Source: Trichosphaerium sp. ATCC 40318 (Eukaryota > Protista > Tubulinea). Taken from it: 64,000 nucleotides of DNA. The translations under genes were made by a program, and so were the position numbers. How positions within the stretch are numbered: position 1 is the stretch's first letter; every line of letters begins with the position of its first letter. The DNA is taken from positions 62,001-126,000 of the forward strand of contig JALMLS010000196.1 of NCBI GenBank assembly GCA_038496445.1. Reading direction: 5' to 3'. Of this stretch, positions 53,862 through 64,000 are shown piece after piece. The notes beneath the pieces are model-generated. The model was given only the letters and a program-made list of their open reading frames with translations, made no database searches and had not been told where the DNA came from.

Positions 53862-54202
53862 AATCACACAAAATATTCAAAAAAAAAGTAGTGTGCTTTT
53901 TGTACAAAGGTGTTATGGTTTAGAATAAATGATTAAGTTGACGTATGACTGTTTTCTTTCGCTTTTGTGGACGTGGTGTTAAGGTACGTTGGTTAAGGTG
54001 CAATTCAAAACAAGGCGATAATGTCAGTGTTGAATTGTACAGTGGTAGGTTTTTTTTATTTTCCCCTACAATAGTTTTTGCCGCTTTCTCGGATTTGGTG
54101 CGCATTCAGCTTGCATGCTTGCAAGGTACTGTTCATTTAAAGTAGTTAAGTCTCCATACTGCCTATAACAATGGATTAGGAGTACGGCCTAGATAAAAGT
54201 AC

Positions 54203-55095
54203 TCACTGAGAATTTTGTTGTTTTGCAGAAAAGAGTGTGAGCATGCGATCAATCTGTGGTCTAAAGGTACTCAATTTAAGCTGGTAGACTGACCTTGCCC
54301 TATTTTTTGTTGAACAAAATTAGCATCACATGATGTCGAATTCCATCGTACCAAGTACGTTCATTGTGCCAATTCACTTGGTGTTCTGCAAGTAAATCTT
54401 GCATGTTAAAATTTCCTTCTCTGCGCACTACCCACTTCTATAAGCGTTGTTAGTAAGATGTCGTTCATTAATGTATATTACATCAAAGTCCTCTGCTGTG
54501 TACTTCTTAGCATGCTCCGGTTTGGGTGGGAGAGCGACTTCAAGTGGCTTTGGTTTTGCTAAGGCAATCCCTCTCTGTTCGGTCATTTCGCTCTAGTGAA
54601 CAATTACGAATTCGGAGGCCTAACTACCCAAATGCGTGCCTTTTCGTTTTCTGGTATGGTATGTCTGTCAGACGCCCACTCTCTCAGAAGAGCGTAAAAC
54701 GATGCGTCCTTAGGCAAGTCCAAGTTTATTGCTCGTTTCCTCACCATAACTTCGCCACTGGGGCCACTTTTTAAGTGATTAGGTTGGTACCACAATTTGT
54801 GCAAACAATGACAAAAAAAATAAATACGAACCGTTGTGACCGTTGCGGCGTCACTTTGGTAGCAGCGCTACGCAAAGGAGATGGTCTTGTCACTATTTTA
54901 GTAGGCGTAAAATGTTAGCTCATTCCGGTGTAAGGTTTCTGTTTGAAAAACAAGCGAACGAGCTATCGTACGTTCTCTTGTGTTGTTTTGGGCAGGATCA
55001 GGCATCTGATTATCGGTGTAGTATTCTAACATCTTTTCCGTCGGTTTTGGCGTGCGACTGCTACGTCGCCTTTCTAGGCGATCTCTTCTTGACAT
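54203..55095 (-). CDS. LIN37: LIN37-like subunit of the MuvB/DREAM complex
   Basis: VMVRKRAINLDLPKDASFYALLREWASD resembles the LIN37 motif 'R.V.L.....LY.LCR.W'. The C-terminal QDLLAEHQVNWHNERTWARSVYQLKLSTFRPQIDRML resembles the LIN37 terminal helix. Confidence 0.6.
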
Positions 55096-55478
55096 GACGG
55101 GTACTTTCAGCTCCAGAAGGTTCGCGGTACGTGTTTTCAAATAGAAAGCTCTACTTTTCGAAACTAAGGTGTGTAAGTGCCGTTATGGATAGGGTAATAA
55201 ACTGTGTGAACAGTAATAGATCACCTAATAGCAACTGTGGCGATTTCAGATACAAGCCATTACCACGAGATGAGGGTCCCGAAATGAGTTGGTGTTTGTG
55301 AGAGTAACCGTTTTGAGGCGCTAGTGCGTTTAAAACAAAAAGAAAGTAAAAGAACGTCTACATTTTCACACAACGACCAATTTTTACACTAAATGCCATA
55401 ACTGTTTCGTTGCTTACGATAATGAACGCCCTATTTGCGATAATGGTTACAGCGCACGGTTTAGCCTTCATTTAACCA

Positions 55479-57793
55479 ATGAATACCCTAACCCGCTCAA
55501 AGCTTATAGAAACGCTTAACGTGGTGTCACGGGGTAATGTTACGCGTATAACACCAAAATGTACGATTATTTTATTACATCTACTCTAACGCGTGTACAA
55601 GGTATGTACCGCGCTTACAAGCCATCTGTCAAGCATGATGCCTTTACTTCACTGCAACAAGTGTTGAATAACTCTGTTTGCCCTAAACACCGCGTTTTTA
55701 CAATATCAGATTGGCAACGCATCGATTCAAGAGGCATTATGGGTTTTGACGCCCAGATTGACAGGGCATTGGAAGAGTGCGTGTGTCATTATCTTTAACC
55801 GCTTACTTACACCGTTGAATAACAGGAGAGAGTACTCTTTGTACAGTTTAGTTGGCTGGCTAATGCCTGAACACAAATTTCGAATAACTGACTTTTTGTA
55901 CGTCATTTTTGTGTCAAATTTTTTGGGTCTGATCTCTTTCAGAGTCGTGTCCCATGGACATTGGACATCTCCCAAGCACCGAAGGACTGCCTTAAATGTA
56001 GTTGCACAGTCTAAGGGTGTGAAGGTACTAGAGGACTGGTACAACTTTACAGGCGTGGATATATTTCGACAAGGCTATGGCTCGCTAATTAATCGGTATT
56101 AACATCGGATGTTACCCTCTTTTAAACAATTGTATATGTAGGTATCAGTACTCCCTTTATGACCTTCTTGTTGCATCATTTCCTTTCTATGAATGGAATC
56201 AATTCAATTTTCGAGAGACATGGCTTTCACAACAGCATGCATGGCTAGATAAGGTTGGTAAGCGTCATGGTATTAAAACCTTATCAGGGTGGTATAATTT
56301 CAGTCGCGCAGAGGTATTTGATGTTGTAGATGCACCCAAGTTTTTGTATGTTCGCCTCTTTCTTCAGATAAATATTTACCCTTCAATGTCAGGTTCAAAA
56401 AAACGCCACGGCTTGCTGATTTATTGCGAAGAATCTATCCTAACTATGACTGGAAAGATTACTTATTCAAGATTGCAGCTATTGGGGCGCATGATGACAC
56501 CACATTACTACGGGAACACTTTAATGACATTGCGCGAACATTAGGTGTTAAATGTTTGGACGATTGGTATCATATACAGGCTGCTCAAGTTTCTCAAGTT
56601 GCAAAACATAGTACATTAAAAAAGTGAGTAAGATTCGTTTAATGCTTTTATATATTAACACGGCATAGGTATTCTTTGTCACTTGTGAAGGCCCTCAAAG
56701 ATATATACTCTGAAAAGGACTGGGAGGATTGGAGATTCGGGTACAAATAAGGATGGTGCTTCGAAGATAACCTCTTATTTAGTACTGGATCACATGGTTA
56801 CTCTAATTTTATGCGAAGACATAAAATGACTCTTGAAACAGCTGCTGAAGCTCTTGGATTAAAAATTGTAGATGATTGGCAACGTATTTCAACTACCCAA
56901 TTTGGTGAGATGGCTCAACCTGTGTTAAATGCGTTTAATAACTCGATGAGAAATGCGCTTACTGCAATATTCCCTGGCCACAAGTGGGATTTAAACATGC
57001 CGCTATACCCTCCTAATCACTGGGATATCCAGAGGCGAAGAGTCTCATTTTTGCGGTCTGTGGAGCAAAAGTTTAATCTCACCAATCCGGAAATGTGGTA
57101 TGTTGATTTTTATTGACTGTCGTTCTTTCTTACAGTATTTAGGTATCGCGTGCCTGTTTCGGATATATTTAAAAATGCAAATGGATTACGTCGCCACTTT
57201 TTACACGACCTTGAAACATTGCATCCGAACTATGGATGGGCTTGGGAAAACTTTGGAAGACTAACAAAAAAGGCGACTCAGAAGTACTTTACCGTTGTCA
57301 TTTGAGTTTCCTTAACCCACGTGCTAGGCGGCTAATAAATGCTCTTCAAAGAATTTTACCGGGTGTTCTTATCGAAGAAGAACTCTACATTGGCACTGGA
57401 GTCAATGACGCGATTACTGTTGATGTGTTTTTACCACAATTTAGTGTGGCCTTGGAGTATCAGGGTAACAAGAACTTTTAATGACAATTTTGCTGAGTAC
57501 AATTAGGTGAACACCATTATCAAAGCACATTTACTTATGGTAATCCTGTAAGTGTGTATCAAGCCAGGGATGCAGAGAAAAGAGAGTATTGTGACAATGC
57601 TGGGATCACTCTTATTCCAATTCCTTATTGGTGGGACGGTAGCGCAGCTGAGCTGGCTTCTCGAATTGATGCCCATAGACCAGATTTAAACCTCAGCACC
57701 GAGAAGTTGATACCACGACAACCGCAGCTCGGGATTGTAGAACACAAGTTGCCATTCAAAGGCATGATGGTAACAGAAAGTGCAACAGTGTGA
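55479..57793 (+). CDS. Trp-rich ~75-aa tandem-repeat protein (~6 repeats) with C-terminal PD-(D/E)XK/Vsr-RAP-like nuclease domain (paralogue 3)
   Basis: Repeats such as VSHGHWTSPKHRRTALNVVAQSKGVKVLEDWYNF...GYGSLINRYQYSLYDLLVASFPFYEW. C-terminus ITVDVFLPQFSVALEYQGEHHY...ARDAEKREYCDNAGITLIPIPYWWD. Basic, acid-poor N-terminus. Confidence 0.8.
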
Positions 57794-57936
57794 GGCACCG
57801 CGTTTGATGTAGAGAAACTGTACAGTAGCAATATATAAAGTAACATATAAAAGAATGGACCTCCCATTATATTTCTATTGTTGAATCACGTGTCAAACCA
57901 TTTCAAAGTCAGTTCGGTTAAGGTTTTAGCAACATC

Positions 57937-60340
57937 ATGTCACATGTCAAAAATGATGAAACAACCGCACTTCTCTTGACGGATGATGAGTTTAACAAGA
58001 CAGGCGCGGATTCTGTCGAAATTACTTTAGTAGAGCAAAAAAAACGCACTGGTTGTTGGCAAACGACAAAAAAAATACCGTTTGGGCTGATTGTGGGCTT
58101 AATTGGATTTTTCGCATTCTTGTTCATACCAATTAATAAAACCAGCCCAAAGTCAAACCAGCAATCACACACGCTTGGTACTTTGTAAACAATGGCAACT
58201 GAACCTTCATGACGATTGAAATTAGGCGTACTAATCTTAATGATGTCATGGTGGTTTACAGAAGCTCTTCCACTTGCTATCACTTCTATGGTGCCTCTTG
58301 TGCTTTTTCCTGTGTTAGGCACGTGCTGAAGCACAAAACGCTTTCCCAAAAAACACAACTTTGCTGAATTTAGACATTACCACAGGTGTATTGTCTTTGG
58401 AGGAAACTGCATCAGAGTATTCAAACAACGTAATTTTCTTGCTTGCAGGAGGATTTATGATAGCACTGGTACATCCTTTTTCGGTATTCACTCTCTCAAA
58501 GAGTTTGTTAAGGCAGTAGAAAAGTGGAATTTGCACAAAAGAGTTGCGTTTGCTTTCTTGTTAAAGGTAAACATGTGACACAAGGCGGTTTATTCGGACT
58601 CAACACTACTGCAGGTCGGAACATCTCAAACGCGCATTTTCATCGGCTTGATGTGCGTCACAGCGTTCTTCAGTATGTGGATGGCTAACACTACTGCTAC
58701 CTTGGTACAACCAGTGTTGTGATGCATGTTAACACTGATAAGGTCATGACACCAGTAGCAACGGCTCTCAGTCAAGCGCTAAATTCCCCTCCAAATATTC
58801 TGAAAGGTTGGCTTCTTGGCATCGCATATTCTGCTAGTATTGCCGGAACCTCAACGCCTATAGGTGCTTGACAACTATTGGTACATATGCTCACTATTTG
58901 AAGGATCTCCGCCCAACTTGGTGTTAATCAAGCTGCTTAATGAATTCTATCCTAACTCTCCTGAACTTTCTTTCCCTGTATGGATGTTGTTTGGTGTACC
59001 GTTAATGATTGTTGGTCTTTTGGTACCTCAATAACACGTGTACTACTCACTTACCATTTTCTTTGGATATTGGGAGTTGCATTGTGGATCATGTGGATAC
59101 GTAAATCAAAGCGTAACCGTGTGGAAATATCTGATCTATCTAATCCGGATGATTTTATTGCCAATGGCATTGTATCTAGCAAAACCTATCTTAGACAACA
59201 GCTAGACAAGCTAGGACCTATTGCAACTTGTGAATGGATTATAATGGTACAGACATCTACTTTTCTATTTCTAAGTAACCAAATTTGATTAGGTAGACTT
59301 TTTGATTGTTGTATCTTTGTGGATATTTAGACCTGACATAAACTTTTCGTCTGGAAAGTGCAACCCTTGGAAAGGTATGTTGTTCCAATTACATTTGTGT
59401 TAATATAACGATTTGAAGGCTGTATGCCTGGTTGGGCATCTTTGTTATCAATGCCAACATACGTGGCAGACAGTTGTGTTGCAATGTTTGGTGCTATTCC
59501 TCTTTTTTTCATACCTGCTTTTGATGGCACTAAAAAGCATGTATTTGTATTGTTTCACACTAATAAAGTTAGCAAAATAATGGATTTCGAAACGTGCAGG
59601 AAAAATCTACCGTGGGGAGTATTGTGGCTGATGGGTTTGTTCTATGTAGCCTATTGTATACTAAATATTTATTTAAAGGCGGTGGATTTGCTTTGGCGCG
59701 GGCTATAGCATCAAGTGGTCTTGCTGAGTTCATAGGTGAACAGCTAGTGTCAATAAAAACGTGGCCTCCAGAGGCATTGTTGCTACTTGTTTGTACGTCA
59801 CTGATTTGTGTTGCTAAATTTATAATTTATTTTAGTGGTTCTTATTGTGTGGTTGACAGAATTTGTAAATAACACAGCCGCCAGTCAGATATTTATAACG
59901 ATGTACGTGCAGTATAGTTGCAGCCCAATAAGCTTACCTGCGTAGATTGGCCAGCATTTCATCCGAGATTTTGGTACATCCATTCTACCTCTGTGTTCCA
60001 GCTGCACTAGCCACTTCCTTTGCATTTTGCTTACCTACAGCGTAAGATATCTCATTTATCCTTTTTCTTTTGCTCATCCAATTCTAGTACAGCACCTAAT
60101 GCCATTGTATTTGCTACCAACAAGTTGCGTATAACAGACATGGTACCACATTCTAAACTTTTATTACTGTTTTTCATCCTGCTTAACTTTGTTTATCAGA
60201 TAAAAACAGGAGTGTTGCTAAACATTATCATGAGTTTATTGGTTTATGTAATGTGGTTAGCGCTTGGCCCCGTTGTATATAATGCACGTGCGCGTGATTT
60301 CCCTGAATGGGGTTTTTTAAATGATACAAGTGTAATTTGA
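57937..60340 (+). CDS. SLC13/DASS sodium:dicarboxylate/sulfate symporter, multi-exon
   Basis: [82 protein letters not shown] and SFAFCLP...APNAIVF. Confidence 0.95.
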
Positions 60341-60381
60341 AGCAAGATGACAATAAAATCTTTTAGATATATCTATTATTA

Positions 60382-61609
60382 TTAGTCGTATTCTATTGTC
60401 TTGTTGTCTTTTCTTTCGCTCTTGAGGTTTGCGATAACTGCTGCTAGCCAATCATCTCGCTTTTTCTGTGTTTCTTCATTTTGTTTTTCGAGGTGGTATA
60501 CAATATTCTCAACGCAAGACACACAAAAGAAAGTATTTTCAAGCTCCTCATTTTGAGTATGCCAAAAAAGGATCGTGTCCGGCATAATACTACCTGAAGT
60601 ATGCTTTTAACTCGAGGGATGACAGTAAAAAAATCAAATAAAGTATAGCCTACCTTGACATGCGTGACATTTGTGATTTTGTGTTGGTACGCCATAACTA
60701 AAACGTCCAAAAAGGAGTATCTACATGGAATTAAGAGACTGTATTTTTTTTTTGAAATGTCTTTTTTTTTGTACCGAATGTTTACCCTTGTGCTCTTCTT
60801 CATGGTCTTTGATAAACGCTGCACGTGAGTTATATTTTTTGTAGCACTCCCAAAAGTCTTTGCAACCCATAAACAGAGGCGCAATTGCCGAACACTTATC
60901 CAAGGCTTCTTGATTTAATTTAATAGTTGCTGCACGCTTCTTTGTGTTAGTTTTGGATGGATAATGGACCTCAAAAAGCCCAGAATCAAATCTAGCCCTT
61001 GTATACTCCTCCCCCCAAAGCTTATGTTTTGCAAAATTACAAAGAGCTTCGATGCTATTGTCTGATTTTACCTGTGAAAACATGCGTTTCACACGTACGT
61101 TCACCCCTGCAAGTAAATTACTTAAAACTGCTTTTTGATTTTAGGCTTTGTAAGTTGGTACTTAGAATGTTCTTCTCCTCGCTTGTTAGCATTTTGGATG
61201 AGTCTTTTGGAATTTTGGGTGGTGGAGTGTTGTTTTTTTGTATTTTTGTTGTTTTCTCTTTTGTTTTGTCTTTTGGGCTCTCAGAGGCAACTCGCTCTAC
61301 TGAATTATTATTAACGCAAACGTAGAGAATTCTGTACTTCCTTCGCCATTATTACACGTCAAAAACTGTGATGTTTTCAATTTTGTAGAAAGAAACAAAT
61401 AAAAAGATAGAAAAAAAGCAAAGCCACGTACGCGTAGGTGCAGCTACTGTGGTATCAGGGCTCGCGTCTTTTTTTGTAGTTGACGCATTTGATGGTGGTA
61501 ACCCTTCGTGTTGTCTTTTGGCCTTTTTAGCTGGCGGTTGCGCCGTTTTTACCTCGTCAGCTTTTTGTTTGCTGGCATTTGAGCAAGTTGTTTTACGCTT
61601 TTTTTTCAT
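60382..61609 (-). CDS. Hypothetical protein with lysine-rich NLS-like N-terminus, multi-exon
   Basis: Consecutive minus-strand ORFs separated by intron-like T-rich segments (MKKKRKTT...PPAKKAKR; SIEALCNFAKHKLWGEEY...; ...DDWLAAVIANLK). No family recognised. Confidence 0.5.
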
Positions 61610-62090
61610 TTGCGGCTGTGATTGTAACAGTATTGGGTCATAACGATCTACTGGCTTTCTCTGGCTGTACGCTTTTTTATTAATAACAAATACAGTGTAC
61701 GTGCGAGCAAAAATAAGTTCGGTACCGTTTAGTGTCCACTACAACAGCTGTAGCGTCAGGATCCTGATTATACGAGCTCAAACTTACCACTTCATTCCTG
61801 TAGATGTAATAAGTGACAACAATCAACGTATTCCGGTATAACTAAAGCGCCCACGCACCACATGGTGTGCTCGAATGCAATTACAATAAAAACAATTAAA
61901 AAAAAAACCAACAAATTGAAAAAAAAAGTCCAGCAATGTCTAGCCAGAATAAAAATACGCTCAATAAACGGGTGCTTCCTAATAACGTAGGGCGTGTATA
62001 AACCAGATTAAAAACAACCGCTACAAAATAAGGCCAGTTGGGACTTTAACCATCGGAACAATAGCAACACGCATAACAGTGTAACTACAA

Positions 62091-64000
62091 ATGGCGGGGT
62101 ATCCTCAAGGGAACTTTCCAGGGCAATTTTATCAAGGCAACGTGTCTAACTACAGTGGTGGGTCTCCACAGCCTAATTATGCTAATGCAGCGCTACCAAA
62201 TAATCGTACGCATTATTATAACTTGCTAATTTAACTCAAGCTTTTTTTGTAGAACAGTGGTTTGGTCCCCAAGGTACAGGTATGCCAAATGCGCAACCTT
62301 ACGCGAATGTAAGCCCCCAGCCAATGTACACACCTAACGCTGGTATGTTTGTTTTTCAAATAACCAATCTTTTTTTATTTTGAAGTTGAAGTACAATATT
62401 TTTTTCTGGTTGGTAGGGAAAAATACTGACGTGTTATTTTCAGCTGCCCAATTTAATGTATCTGTGGGAGGCGGTGTCCCAGCAATGAATCCAGTTAGTT
62501 GGCAGGGTGCAAATGTTCAACAAGTGTTGCCACGTGTGGCTAAGGTACGCAATATTTTAGTCTAACAATTGATTTAGCGAGTGGTCTTTTTTTATTATTA
62601 CACCACTCCCTTTGTTGCGTTATACTTACAGATTTTCTTGTACATAGCCCAAAATTGTTAAAAAAAAGAAACAAGAGGCGCCAGTGGTGAAAGCTATGCC
62701 AAATCCACTAGACAATCTCTTTGCTATAGCGTGCGTTACTCCAACTGAGATACACATTTGCTAATTATGTGTCTAATATAGTGCACCTACTCCGACACCA
62801 GTTCAGCCTGTAACAGCTACACCCAAGCCTGTGTTTATAATTGATGATCCTGGTACTAGTAACAGTACTATAGCGCCACAACCATCTACACTAGAACCAC
62901 AGGCTACCCAGTTTGCTGTGTCTGCACCGTATGATGATTTTATTTTTTTTGCTTTGTTAATTTGGCAATAGTGACATTGATGGATTAATTATGGAATCAC
63001 TGGATCTTAAAAAAACACGAAAAAGGACGATAGCTCCTCGTAAAAAGTCTGCAAGGCCAAAGCGACAAACAGCGTCCTCTGCTGTGGATTGGGGATCTAG
63101 AGGCGATACGGTTAGGAATATCTTTGCAGGCAAGTGGTTGTTGTAGATTTTGTTTTTTTTTAAACCTGGTTTGACACATTGCGCAATGTGTCAAAATAAT
63201 TTTTCTCATTTTTTTTTGCAGAGATTGATAGTCAAGAAGAACAAGCGCGAAAACAAAAAGAGCGTGAAGAAGCAGAAAGAAAGCAACAGGAGGAAATGGA
63301 GAAGCAGCTTGCCGCACAAGCATCGCAACAAACCACACCACCTGCTCAACAGCCGCCTGGGGATATGGGCCACCAATGGGCCGCATTTACTGGTCCGGGA
63401 CAGCAGGGTAACGTGGATGATATTGATCAAGCGTTTAATTCAGGTTGAATTACTACTCATCCGTATTCCAAAGTTAAAGGTGTTTGTAGCGAGAAGCAGC
63501 GATGTAGACTTCTCAGCGTTTGGATCACAAGGCCCAGGAGCAGCAGTGTTTGGATCCTCTAGTTCACTGGCCCCACTAGACGTGCAACCATCGTACGTTT
63601 TGTGTTGCCAGACTACAAGATCAAGCTAAATCTGGAAATCTAGGACGCATACCGCGGCGCCTCTATTTCCCTCAACCAGCGCTCCCCTTGCACCGATTAG
63701 CGCTCCCATTTTGGTATTTTAAAGAAAATTGTTGCTCAACCATTCTTGTTGACACTTCTTTTAGAATAATACCGTGGCTGCAACACCTGCAATAGGTTTG
63801 TTTAGAAGAATTTTTTAAGACTTTCCATCTTGTTTTAATGGTGTTTCTTAGGTTCAGTTGCTACTACTAACACACCAGCTAATTTTGGAGACTTTTCAGC
63901 GCCGCCAACGCAGAACACAGATTTTGGGAACTTTGGCGATTTTTCAACACCTAGTGCAAACACTGAGGCAAACTTTGCTGACTTTGGCGATTTTTCAACG
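62091..64000 (+). CDS. Low-complexity P/Q/G-rich protein with coiled coil and repeated DFGDF/NFGDF motifs; candidate AP-1/GGA gamma-ear-binding accessory protein (runs off the window end)
   Basis: MAGYPQGNFPGQFYQG..., EEQARKQKEREEAERKQQEEMEKQL, and terminal NFGDFSAPP..DFGNFGDFST..NFADFGDFST. FGDF motifs are established gamma-ear ligands (synergin/aftiphilin/epsinR type). Confidence 0.65.

Overview
A compact, AT-rich (about 35% GC by eye), intron-rich eukaryotic region. Introns are short (mostly about 40-80 nt) with GTACGT/GTAAGT-type donors and several apparent GC donors, so the ORF track is fragmented. I rebuilt the gene models by hand-splicing, and boundaries are approximate. Gene content (class C GPCR, C2-CaMK, Dilute-domain protein, LIN37) suggests a free-living protist, probably amoeboid (inference). 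There are about 30 protein genes. Recognisable ones include an RCC1-repeat protein, TTI1, CDC27, a P4-ATPase, the mitochondrial phosphate carrier, POP4, a SEC12/PREB-like protein, NAA30, a maltose O-acetyltransferase, an SLC13 transporter and LIN37. No rRNA, tRNA or CRISPR array was recognised. Main findings: (1) three paralogues of a ~75-aa Trp-rich tandem-repeat protein, two ending in a PD-(D/E)XK/Vsr-RAP-like nuclease domain and with presequence-like N-termini; (2) an in-frame SEC12-like WD40 to degenerate ELO-elongase fusion; (3) a CBM48 glycogen-binding to PhnP-like metallo-beta-lactamase fusion; (4) a HEPN (RxxxxH) coiled-coil protein; (5) a Kelch-PUL protein; (6) a near-perfect inverted gene pair with one clustered divergent patch; (7) strong window-wide enrichment of the palindrome CACGTG.
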